NCBI RefSeq assembly: GCF_006345805.1
Contig: NC_043013.1
Location: 9,796,001-9,860,000, forward strand
Source of the DNA: Octopus sinensis
Lineage: Eukaryota
DNA: 64,000 nucleotides
Direction: 5' to 3'
A program made the position numbers and the translations under genes. Below the pieces are notes generated by a model, which had not been told where the DNA came from, did no database searches, and worked only from the letters and a program-made list of their open reading frames with translations. The first letter of the stretch is position 1, and the number at the start of each line of letters is the position of its first letter. Shown piece after piece: positions 12,547 to 24,416 of the stretch.

Positions 12547-12590
12547 AAAAGATGTTTACAGCACCAAGGTTTCCTAAGCGGTCACCCATC
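12547..12590 (-). pseudogene. 5S rRNA-like 3'-end fragment
   Basis: Reverse complement GATGGGTGACCGCTTAGGAAACCTTGGTGCTGTAA resembles the metazoan 5S 3' end GATGGGAGACCGCCTGGGAATACCGGGTGCTGTAG (comparison from memory), followed by a T4 run. Confidence 0.55.
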
Positions 12591-13112
12591 ATTATAATAC
12601 CAATAGGAAAATGTAGGGAGTGATGACAACACATCTGTGGAACAAAGGTCGGAATATATCTATGAATGTTTTAATGCCTCAATGTTTATATATAAGTTTA
12701 TTATAAGTGTATTTGTTTGTGAAGATCTATTCATGAAGATTACTGCTAAAAAAATGAAAATTAAAACCGTAATGATAACTCGCAGCAACATCAAATAATA
12801 GCTCAGAGTATCGATGTGTGAAGTTTCAGTACACTCTATCTCTCTCCTCCATCTTTCTCTCTCTCTCTCTTCATCTCTCTTTCTCTCTTCATCTCTTTCT
12901 TTCTCTTCATCTCTCTCTTCCCCTCTCTTTCCCTCTCTCTCGCCCTCTTTCTCTCTCTCCCTCACTCTGTGTCCATTTTTATCTCGACGTGTGCGCCTCG
13001 CTCCGCTCTTTCTCTCTCTCTCTCTCCCTCTCTATCTCTCTCTCTATCACACACACGCATCTATTGAAGACTCAAAATTCTTATTTAAGTACACAACGAT
13101 AACATTCGGTGT

Positions 13113-13172
<60 letters not shown>

Positions 13173-13314
13173 GCATATATGCACACCACGCACATATACA
13201 CACTCACACATATTCATATTTCGCTTAGGCATAATGATACTAATAACATGGTTTTAAAACTCAATATACGCATGCTTCAGAATATAGGGCGAGTTGAGTA
13301 CAGAGCATCATATT

Positions 13315-13484
13315 CTTTTCTACTCTAGGCACTAGGCCCGAAATCTTGGGGAAGCGAGGGTTCAGTCGATTAGATCGACCCCGGTACGCAACTGGTACTT
13401 AATTAATCGACTCCGAAATGATGAAAAGTAACGTCGACATCGGCGGTATTTGAACTCAGAACGTAAACTCAGACGAAATACCGC
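13315..13484 (-). mobile_element. SINE-B 3' portion
   Basis: Plus strand reads GGTACTTAATT...GTCGACATCGGCGGTATTTGAACTCAGAACG...GACGAAATAC. Confidence 0.82.
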
Positions 13485-14033
13485 ACAGAGCATAATATTA
13501 CATTAAATAAATAACAAAGTAACGGGAAATTTTGCAATGAAATACATTAGTTTACAGCTGTTTCACCGATAAGACGTAGCGCACTGACAATTGAGTGTAT
13601 GTGCCTCAATTGTAATTTCTTCGGAATTTCAAAAATAAAGTGGTAATTTATTTTGGAAGGCATTTACGTAAAGCATATTCGAAAGCATATTCGAAGCTCA
13701 AACGAAGCTATAAGATGAAGTTCATGCACTCATTTCTAACTTCACAGCATATTATATATAAAGCAGCTGTAAGCTAATTAAGATAATTGCATAATCCCTT
13801 GTTTCTTTGCCTTTTATGGGATTTAATATCTACATATATATATATATATACATACTTATATATATATTCATATATTCATATATATATATGAGAGCGAGGA
13901 GACCGACGTAGGTATGGTTAAGTAATTAAGAATTTCTCTTCCAAAATTCCATTACCATGTCACAGTGATCAGGTGGATAGCGAACGCTATTCATGTTTAC
14001 CATTACACACACACACACACAGACACACACACA

Positions 14034-14454
14034 GGCGCAGGAGTGGCTGTGTGATAAGAAGCTTGCTTTCCAGCCACATAGTTCCCGGGTTCAGTCCCAC
14101 TACGTGGCAGCTTGTGCAAGTGTCTACTACTATAGCCCTAAGCCAACCAAAGCCTTGTGAGTGGAGTTGGTAGACGGAAACAGAAAGAACCCCTTCTGAA
14201 TGTTGTTTTATAGCACCGTGAGGTCTGTTTGTTGGTACTGATCCATTTTCTGGCGTCTTACATGTTGAGGTGCCTTGATTCTTAAGGACTTCATGTAACT
14301 AACTAATACGCACACACACCACACACACACACACACACACACTGACAAACATTTGTATCAAAGCAGCAAAAGCATCACAAAAACTGTGAGACAGAGTTTC
14401 ACGTTTCCATTTGTCGGATAGCAGTGATCAGGACACACAGACACACACACAGAC

Positions 14455-14498
<44 letters not shown>

Positions 14499-14835
14499 AA
14501 CTCACACACATATCCACGAAATCCACTCACAAGGCTTTGATCGGTCCGAGGCTAGAGTAGAGTATACTTGCCCAAGGTGCCATAGAGTGGGATTGAACTA
14601 GGAACCATATGGTTGGGAAGCAAATTCCTCACCATAACGCCACGCTTTTAAAAATTTTTATTCTTAATTACTTCGGTCATTGGATTGTGTACATGCTGGA
14701 GCACCAGGTCGAAGGTTTTAATCGAGCATTATTTAATTTTTCTTTTGCGCCAGGTACATATTCTATCGGCCTTTTTGGCGAATCGCTAAGTTACAGAAGC
14801 GCCATCGAACCAAAACCAGTTGTCAACCGGTGGTA
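14034..14835. mobile_element. Cluster of SINE-C fragments (plus head 14034-14190; minus head about 14515-14645; minus tail about 14660-14835) with (CA)n tracts
   Basis: Each piece aligns to a part of the copy at 5429-5838. Confidence 0.75.
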
Positions 14836-14961
14836 AAGTACAAATATATGTACAAAGACAAACACACACAAGTACACACACACACACACACGCACAATTA
14901 CACACACACATATCGTTGAAGTTTATAGGAAAACAAAAGACGAAGACTATGATCTGGTCTA

Positions 14962-15000
14962 ATTTCAGCTCATGAGCTGTGGCCATGCTGGGGCACCGCC
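14962..15000 (-). mobile_element. Isolated about 40-nt LINE/SINE 3' stem-loop tail
   Basis: Reverse complement GGCGGTGCCCCAGCATGGCCACAGCTCATGAGCTGAAAT has the same invariant block as the LINE end at 58681-58720. Confidence 0.75.
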
Positions 15001-15016
15001 ATATGATGTTGCTGCA

Positions 15017-15381
15017 TAATTTTACCTATATATATTATTAATATTTTACTTATATATATTATTAATATTTTACCTATATATATTATTAATATTTTACCTA
15101 TATATATTATTAATATTTTACCTATATATATTATTAATATTTTACTTATATATATTATTAATATTTTACTTATATATATTATTAATATTTTACTTATATA
15201 TATTATTAATATTTTACTTATATATATTATTAATATTTTACTTATATATATTATTAATATTTTACTTATATATATTATTAATATTTTACCTATATATATT
15301 ATTAATATTTTACTTATATATATTATTAATATTTTACTTATATATATTATTAATATTTTACTTATATATATTATTAATATT
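15017..15381. repeat. 24-bp minisatellite, about 15 copies
   Basis: Unit ATATTTTAC(C/T)TATATATATTATTA; variant order C T C C C T T T T T T C T T T. Confidence 0.97.
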
Positions 15382-15647
15382 TAGCTGGCGTAAGTGAGTT
15401 TCGCAGGTTGGCACTTATCAAGCTAGTCTCAGGTCTTCGACCTGTAAGTTTATACAGCTGTTGATAAATAATTATATTTCCCTCTGGAGTATTCTAGAAC
15501 GAATCATTATTGTGTCACGTGGATAATTCAAATAATTTGCCTGTGATGTCGTTCAATAAACAAATACGTAGATAAATAAATTAGTAAATAAATAGAAATG
15601 ACAAGGATGAAATTTTGTGCGTATCAATACACACGCACACACACATT

Positions 15648-15678
<31 letters not shown>

Positions 15679-15962
15679 ACACATGTAGGCACACACATGG
15701 CAACCCCACCGTCCCCAATAATTCGCACATATATATATGAGAGAGTGTAGATGAATTACGCGCATAGCTGTACATGTTTATATATGTGGTTACATGTATA
15801 CATGCCAATGCACGAAGCTCTCAGACCTTGAGTCACTCTGTTACTTCTGCTAAATATTAATCAAAATATACACACACTCACATTTTCCTGTTTGCATCAA
15901 CATATATACATATATGTACGCATATATGAATGTATGCGTTTCTATATGTATGGATATATATG

Positions 15963-16019
<57 letters not shown>

Positions 16020-16030
16020 TGTGTCTATAT

Positions 16031-16075
<45 letters not shown>

Positions 16076-16081
<6 letters not shown>

Positions 16082-16465
16082 TAAATTAGAGACACTATTA
16101 GGCAAATCAAACAATGAAAGACTTAAGCCAATAAATATGATTAATTTATATTATTTAAATATGTAAATGTTTAAAACTCACCAAGAAAAATTTTTAAACC
16201 ACCTGATGAATGACTGCAACTCAAAAATTTGAAGACAGCAGGCAGGAAACGATCGTAGTGGGATATTAATTATATTTTTTAATAATTTTATTACATATTT
16301 AAATAATATAAATTAATCATATGTATTGGCTTAAGTCTTTCATTGTTTGATTTGCCTAATAGTGGTTTTGTCTCTAATTTAATATAATCTAATATTTTAC
16401 TATAAAATTGGATTCAATCCTAAATCTGATTTTTCCCTGTAAGTTTGGATTTATTCCCTAATATT
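16076..16465 (+). mobile_element. Non-coding PLE-like/fold-back element: about 90-bp inverted arms (16076-16166 and 16291-16386) around a hammerhead motif
   Basis: Arm TTAAATTAGAGACA..CTATTAGGCAAATCAAACAATGAAAGACTTAAGCCAATA..TTAAATATGTAA is repeated as its reverse complement. It sits between (TA)n tracts. Confidence 0.75.
16199..16261 (+). ncRNA. Type I hammerhead ribozyme motif (PLE-like, short stem III with palindromic loop)
   Basis: CCAC-CTGATGA-A-TGACTGC[20 nt]GCAGGCA-G-GAAAC-GATC-GTA-GTGG. Stem I CCAC/GTGG, intact CUGAUGA and GAAA core, stem II 6/7 bp, predicted GUA cleavage after 16257. Confidence 0.75.
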
Positions 16466-16847
16466 ATATATATATATATATATATAATATGTACGAAAAA
16501 TTCATATCTTTCTTATAGATCACACCTTAAAAATCCAACAATTGTTTCTATTGCATTAACATATTTATTTATATTCTTACACACACGTATATATATATAT
16601 ATATATAATATTAAAATTAATAAAATATGTACGAAAATTTCTGTCAACACAACAGTATCAAGGTAAACTTTATTGGGGAAATTCTAACTGAACCTCTGAA
16701 AGAATTTTAAACTGTTAAGAAACGCTAACAAATAGAAACACCAAATGAAATTTAACTTTTGACATTCAACCAAGAGCGACGTCATTGAATAACTAATTTA
16801 GTTTGTAAAAATAAAATATAAAAATTACCATACCAGCTCCATATTTT

Positions 16848-16947
16848 NNNNNNNNNNNNNNNNNNNNNNNNNNNNNNNNNNNNNNNNNNNNNNNNNNNNN
16901 NNNNNNNNNNNNNNNNNNNNNNNNNNNNNNNNNNNNNNNNNNNNNNN
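16848..16947. other. Assembly gap (100 N)
   Basis: Run of exactly 100 N, probably a placeholder for a gap of unknown size. Confidence 0.99.
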
Positions 16948-16974
16948 TTTCTATAGTCTATATACGATGACCGA

Positions 16975-17018
<44 letters not shown>

Positions 17019-18399
17019 GTGTGTGTGTGTGTGTGTGTGTGTTATGTATATATACACATATGTGTGTGTGTATATAATAATACAGATATATATATATATA
17101 TACATATGTATACATATGTACATTATATATCGATACTATTATTATACATATATATATGCATATATATATATATATACACATACATATATGCATATACATA
17201 TATATATATATATGTTTGCATATATATATTCATATATACTTACATATGTATATATACATAGGTATACATAGATACACACATATGTACTCATAGGTACTTT
17301 CATATATATATATATATACACATATATACATACATATACATGCACATATACGCATACACACCTATAAACAGACATACACATACTCATACAATCACACACA
17401 CACGCTCCCACGCACACGTACACACACACACACACACGACACTCATTCATTCAAGCAAAGAAAAACTTCAAATTAGTAGAGACAATGGTAAGAGAAAAAG
17501 ACAAGAAAAAAAAATTGGAAGATTCATGTGAAAGCATGTGTGTACATATACGTTATTACTTATCAAATCAGATAGGTAGAGATGATGATTTGAAAAATAT
17601 ACATAAAATATTCAAACTTCGTTTCCTCGCGTTGAAGCCGAAACCTGAATAGAAAATCACACTTGTCTTGGCCAATATACATCAAACTGTAGAAATCTTC
17701 ATTCTGTGTTTTGCTGTTTTCACACCTTTGTTTCTCGTTGTTTTTGGCTTTTGTTCCTTAATATCTCCTTTTCTAGCCTACGTGTTACATTTAGTCTTAA
17801 TTTTCTGTTGTTAGCTGGTTGGTATATCTACAATATAACTTATGTTTCTAATTTTTTTCCTAATATATTTTGTTTAGTTTTGTCTTTCTTTTACAAATCT
17901 ATCTATCTTTCTACCTCTATCTAACTCTGGTTCTCTCTCATGTTTTTTTCTTTCTTTTATTTCATCTGTGCTGGTTACTTTAAATGAGTTACGATAATTA
18001 ACGTCGTCAATAACAACAACAAAACAAAAAAAAAAAATCAAATAGCAATAATAAGAAAAGCAAGACAGAAATCTCATCGTGGTCAATGTGTCTGCCAGAA
18101 ATGGAAACCTAATCTTCCTCAAATTACACGCATACTTCTTAGAAAATGAATGACATATTCTCTAATGTAATCCAAAGTAAAATATGTGCAGAAAAAAAGA
18201 TATGATAGTCACGGTTGGAATGTCTTTGATGATAGGTCTGTCAGACCACTTCCGACTAAAGATGAAACAGCGATCAAACATTGACAATAATAAAAATAAC
18301 AAAAATAACGATGATTTCTTACTTAGGTACAAGGCCAATCATTTTACAGATTGGTCGCTGTCGATTATATCGGTCCAAAATCTTGAATAGTGCTTTTCT

Positions 18400-18625
18400 T
18401 TTTATAAATCCCAGAAGAGTTTGTTAGAATTCTTCTAGCGACTCATGTGGGGGTCAAAGTACCCCAACAGGACTGGCTAGCCGCCACATTCAGTTCATTG
18501 TAGGTTTCCCGACTGAGTCCCTAATGATCATCTGATACTAGTTCATCTTGAGACGTCCAATGTGCTGTTATCTTCTAGGGTTCAACTCAAGGGCTCAAGT
18601 AGGTGTATGGCATATTTCCCCCAAA
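18400..18625 (-). mobile_element. Decayed RTE-clade LINE 3' end
   Basis: Minus frame ALELNPRR*QHIGRLKMN*YQMIIRDS, then a frameshift to TYNELNVAASQSCW. This resembles the RTE C-terminus ALxWxPxGKRxxGRPK...TWxELxxxAxDRxxW. Confidence 0.55.
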
Positions 18626-18962
18626 ATTATGATTGCAGAAGGATAAAAAAAAAATTGTTCATGCCGGGGTTTGAAATCAGTACTTAAAGAGTCATTAGTA
18701 AACATAGCAAGACATTTTATCACTTGCACTACCAATAGTTTTGCTCTATAATTAGTTTTCAGTAATAATTGTTTCTCACAATTACCACAAGGCCAGAAAT
18801 GTGGAAATATGAATTAGTCAAGAAAATCAACATCAGCACGGAAGTGGTACTTTATTTTAGTCACTACAAAACGATAAAAGATATAGTTGAGCGCGCTTTG
18901 AACTCAGGAACGGAAAATGCGTAACCAACTATAGTAAAGCAGTTTATATATATATCACTGTA

Positions 18963-19188
18963 TTATGAAGTAGGCGGTCTGGCAGAAACGTTAGCACGCC
19001 GGGCGAAATGCGTAGCCGTATTTCGTCTGCCGTTACGTTCTGAGTTCAAATTCCGCTGAGGTCGACTTTGCCTTTCATCCTTTCGAGGTCGATAAATTAA
19101 GTACCAGTTACACTCTGTAATCGACTTAATCCGTTTGTCTGTCCTTGTTTGTCCCCTCTGTGTTTAGCCCCTTGTGGGTAGTAAAGAA
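18963..19188 (+). mobile_element. SINE-B, full length, 17-bp TSD
   Basis: TSD ATATATATATCACTGTA at 18946-18962 and 19189-19205. A-box-like TGGCAGAAACGTTAG, B box GAGTTCAAATTCC. Confidence 0.95.
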
Positions 19189-19924
19189 ATATATATATCA
19201 CTGTACCAAATCTGACCATCCAGTGACTTTCACGAATAAGGATTAAGTAAAAGAGGTACAACAAATTTCGTTTTTAGAACAAGACAGTTCCAGAAACTTC
19301 TTTTATCGACGCAGAATGAACAAAATGTAAAATTTCCGTAGGTGTGTTTTGAACACAGAACGAAAAACGACGTAACTAAATACACCAAAGCACTATATCC
19401 CCAATGTCCAGCCGATCCTGTCATTTGCAGTCCTTCTACTCAATATAAATGACTATACACTTGCAATGACAAACAAAGATTAGGAGAAAACTGGAAGCGA
19501 ATACATATTAAATTAAATATAATTATACCCGCTTCCGTTTCGCGACACAACATTTTCTCTCTTCTAACTTCATTCACACCAATCACTTAACCTCACCACC
19601 TTTCATCATTAAAAATACAGTGGCTTGTAAACAAAATACACACACACACACACACAAACACACGCTAATTCCTATTGATAAGTAATTTCTTTCATCTTTT
19701 ATTCGGTTTAAGTATTGAACAACGGCCATGCTGGGGCAACGTCTTGAAGAGTTTCACTCGTACAAATCGACTCCAGGACTTTCTTTATAGAAGCCTGGTT
19801 CTTATCCTGACCGTCATTGTGCCGAACCGCTAGGTTACAGGGGAATTAACAAACCAACACCGGTTGACAAGCTGTGGAGGATGTCAAATAGTAAATAGTA
19901 CATACAACCACATACATACATATA

Positions 19925-19974
<50 letters not shown>

Positions 19975-20627
19975 TTATAATATATATATAGAAAAATTAC
20001 ATCTTATACAAAGATTAAATATAAAATAAAACATATAACAATGATTAAGTAATGTGCAAAATAATAAATAAACGTATATATTTGGTAGAATAACGACACG
20101 TATTTCGTGGCTATATTTAAGAATATTTCCTGCTAATTATTATATTTTGTCAATTTAAAAAAAATATCATTTTGATATTTTGCCTTATAATTAGATATAT
20201 ATTTGGAGTAGGATATTTGATAGCATAAACTGAACAAGCAAAAAAAAAAAGAAAAATACATAGAACAAAATAGCAATAAAACACTTATTTATCAAAATGA
20301 ACTTATAACGTAATGCATAACTATTTGGAGAACTTTCAACGTTAATGTGTGGCATATTGAGAGATAGTGGAAACTCTTAATTGGTTTGTTACCTATTTTA
20401 TTGTTTTACCCCTTAATTATGATTAAAATGTTATTATCGTGTATTACATATTTTCGCTATTTTATACATTTATCACATTTTACAGCAATTTTCAGAGGTG
20501 CTAGATACCGTGTCTTGAAGCTAACTGTGAAAAAGATATGACTTAGGAAGATTTCTCAATTGATTCACACAGTTTAACTAACAGCATAAATGCACACACA
20601 ATAACCTATAGTATTGTTTAGCCTCTG

Positions 20628-21020
20628 CGCAATGGCTCAGTGGTTAGGGCAGCGGACTCGCGGTCATAGTATCGCGGTTTCGATTCCCAGACCGGGCGTT
20701 GTGAGTGTTTATTGAGCGAAAACACCTAAAAAGCTCCACGAGGCTCCGACAGGGGATGGTGGTAATCCCTGCTGTACTCTTTCCCCACAACTTTCTCTCA
20801 CTCTTACTTCCTGTTTCTGTTCTACCTGTATTTCAAGGGGCCGGCCTTGTCACTCTCTGTGTTCACGCTGAATATCCCCGAGAACTACGTTAAGGGTGCA
20901 CGTGTCTGTGGAGTGCTCAGCCACTTACACGTTAATTTCACGAGCAGGCTGTTCCGTTGATTCGGATCAACCGGAACCCTCATCGTCGTAACCGACGGAG
21001 TGCTTCCAGTTCAGTTCCAG
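20628..21020 (+). mobile_element. SINE-A, full length, 13-bp TSD
   Basis: TSD TGTTTAGCCTCTG at 20615-20627 and 21021-21033; tail TTCCAG repeats. Confidence 0.95.
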
Positions 21021-21840
21021 TGTTTAGCCTCTGGTCAGCTTTGATGCAGGAGACATCTCTTTTTACGGAGAAAATGTGTTCATAACACTCGATTCAATAG
21101 CAAAAAGGAGTTTAGAGCAACCAGTGTTTCAACATCGTTTTGCCTCATCAGCCAGATGCACCTCCCCAATAATGAATTAATGATATTTAACATGTCTTTC
21201 ATTTATTTAAAGAATACCATTGCTGCTATTGCTTACTAGTATTGCTTACCACTATTGCTACTATTGTTTACTACTACTACTGATTAAAAGGTCCACCGAC
21301 CACGTAGAATTTCTATCATTGAGTCGGGTATTTCATTCATATAAATCTTTCAGATGCCGGAAGATAACAAAGAAGGAAGGAAGAGATGAATGGGGCAAGG
21401 AGGACAATAAAGTTAAAGTTGGGTAACTTATTTCCTACTTGACATGTAAATGTGGTGTATGGGGGTGTGCATGCTTGCATCTGCTCTGATTTTGTGCGTG
21501 TAATCGTGAGCTGCATTTAGTATGGTGATGTGTGATGCGTGTACATGCATATTGCGATGTAATGTGCGTATACCTTTGTATCTATGTATGTAAATGTTGA
21601 AACATCTATGCTCGATGTTGCAGCTAGCTCTTAATTGGCCTTAATCAAGAGGGTCTATATGTAAAGCAATTCCTCCCGTGACCATTCTGTTGGTTTTCCA
21701 AAGAACATGAAAATTTAGGACGACGATTTTATGTAGATTGCGTATATAAGAATGTTTCTTTTGGATCCAACAGCGTGCATTGTGTGTTTGTGTATCTAGT
21801 TTGCAGGGAGTACATGCATGTTTTATGGTGGTGTGTCTAT

Positions 21841-22190
21841 TTATTTATATGTTATATACATGTTGTAGTTTCGCGTAGAGGTATTTGAGCGTTTTCTAAG
21901 CGTTGTGCATATGTATTCGTGCATACAAACTGCAATGAGTACAAGTGATACGGGTGCTGTATAAGTGTGCGTTGTGCGTGCATATTGATGTGTGTATGTG
22001 TGTATGTATGCATGTATGTATGTATGTATGTATGTATGTATGTATGTATGCATGCATACTTGTATGCATGCAAGTATGTATGTATATGTGTATGTATGTA
22101 TGCATGCATGCATGCTTGTATGCATGCAAGTATGTATGTATTTATGTATGTATGTGTGTATGCATGTATGTATGTATGTATGTATGCACC
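21841..22190. repeat. (TATG)n/(TGCA)n compound microsatellite
   Basis: Seen directly. Confidence 0.9.
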
Positions 22191-23313
22191 TCTTAGTGCA
22201 AATACGCGTGTGTAAGAGCGATCTGGGTTTTGTGTATATACACGCGTTTTAGTAATGTTGAGATGTGTGTGCATGTGTGCTGCTTTTGTTTTAGGTGTGT
22301 ATGTATGAATATATATGTGTGTGCATGTGTGTAAATGCGTACTTATTTGAGATGCGCGGTGCATTGCTTTTGATTTATGTGGGGGAATGAGTGAAGGCGT
22401 GTAGGTGTGAGTATGTGTTTGTGTGTGAGTGTATATGTGTGTGTACATTTACAGGTTGGTGTGGTAGTGTATATGTGTGCGTACATGCATATGTGAGTGT
22501 TGTACTCAGTACAATGCGTTTGATTTATGTGTGTGTATGCATGAAAGAGTATGTGCGTGTATGCTAGTAAGTGTATGTGTGCGGGTACTTGTGTATGTGT
22601 GTAAATGTGTATGTGAATGTGGTATTCTGTGCGTGTCCTTTGATTTATATATGAGTATATAAGTGTATACATATAAGTGTGTGTGTCTCTGCATATAATT
22701 GTGTGTGTACCTGTGTGGGTTCCCTTTGATTTATGTATGTGTATATAAGTGTGTGCGTATGTGCATGTATGCGTGTAGATGTGTACCTCCACGTGCGCGT
22801 GCATGTGTGTGTGTGTAGGTGTAGGTGTGTGCGTGCGCAGGCGCGTTTCCAGATTGGTAATCAAGGTCAAGCAATCAGCTGGAATAAATGTTAATTGATT
22901 AATAGCTGGTGCCACTTTTACCTGATTTACTGACAAATAAAGGGTTACCCTTGCACATCATTCACCGACCAACTATCAAACAACCACCATTTACCTTCTC
23001 TACCATCCAACATCCATCATTCGGCCTCCAACTTCTCCCAAACCCCAAACACTATCCATCATTCAGCCTCTACAATCCACCATGCACCGACAACAGTCCG
23101 ATATTCAGCAACCAACACACACACGCCTCACTTGCTCCTATCTCCATCATCCAGCCTCCATCGCACAGTCTCCAACAAATAACTTCCATCACACGACACG
23201 GCTACCATTCGTCCATCCACCGTCTCCATTGACAGTTATTCGCTGTCGCTCTTTTTTTTAATATTTTATATATATTTAAAAAAAACATTTTCTCATTTCT
23301 CATTGCGTGTATC

Positions 23314-23364
<51 letters not shown>

Positions 23365-23481
23365 TATAAATATTTATATTTATATATTATATATGTAAAA
23401 TATTATATATATATATATATATTTATAATATATGAATATTATATTATACATATATATATATAAATATTTATATATATTATA

Positions 23482-23517
<36 letters not shown>

Positions 23518-23634
23518 CCATATCAATATACTTACATATGTATACATATATACACACAGACACGCACACACATATATAAATATACTTACATATGTATACA
23601 TACATACACACAGACACACACACACATATATGTT

Positions 23635-23879
23635 AAACTTTTACTTGTCTCAGTCATTTAACTGCGATCACACGCAGGGGCACTGCCTCGAAGGGTTTTA
23701 GTCGAACAAATCGATCCCATGAATTATTTTTTCAGCATCGTACTTATTCAATCGGTTCTCTTTTGTTGAACCGCTAATTTACGGTGACGTAAACATATCG
23801 ACACTGGTCACCAAGCAATTATGGGAGCAAACAGTGGCACAAAGACACACATGTAGATATATTCTTATACACATGTGTG

Positions 23880-23941
<62 letters not shown>

Positions 23942-24106
23942 CATGTATGTATGACGTGCTACTTTCAGTTTCCATTTATCAAATCCACTTAAAAGGATTT
24001 GGTCGGTCGGAAAATATAGTAGAAGACACTTCCCTATGTTGCCACGCTGTGGGACTGAACCCGGAAACATTTGGTTGGGAAGCAAGCTTCGTAACACACA
24101 ACCGCA
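23635..24106 (-). mobile_element. SINE-C, diverged full copy with internal (CA/TG)n expansion
   Basis: Head at about 23945-24106 and tail at about 23635-23830, in matching orientation either side of a (TG)n tract. Confidence 0.8.
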
Positions 24107-24142
24107 CATACACACACACATATACACATACATACATATGTG

Positions 24143-24175
<33 letters not shown>

Positions 24176-24416
24176 ATGTGTGTGCGCGCGTGTGTGTGTA
24201 TGCAAATTTGTATGCATATGTATACGTTCAGGATAATTCTTTCGAATTTTTTTCCATAAAATCAGCCTATTAATAGACGCAGATGATTGGAGACCGCAGA
24301 TTATCAACAGAATTAATCATAAACACAAAATATAAAGAGGGGCGGAGCATTACTAATTTGTTCTGCTTGCAAGAAATAGCAACCAAATTAACCTCAGATC
24401 ATGCTTTACCGGTCAC

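Noticed and set aside
13588-13614. Hairpin ACAATTGAG-9nt-CTCAATTGT as a possible miRNA precursor
   Set aside because: Only a 9-bp stem that does not extend; too short for a pre-miRNA.
15017-15381. CRISPR-like array
   Set aside because: Tandem units with no spacers, eukaryotic context, and no cas genes.
17726-17827. Minus-strand 102-nt frame IYQPANNRKLRLNVTRRLEKEILRNKSQKQRETK between AG and GT
   Set aside because: The acceptor has no pyrimidine tract, the implied flanking introns are only about 65-75 nt, and A-rich strands give such K/R/E peptides by chance.
20085-20110. Minus-strand CGAAAT-ACGT-GTC as a hammerhead
   Set aside because: No CUGANGA core upstream; at most a remnant half.
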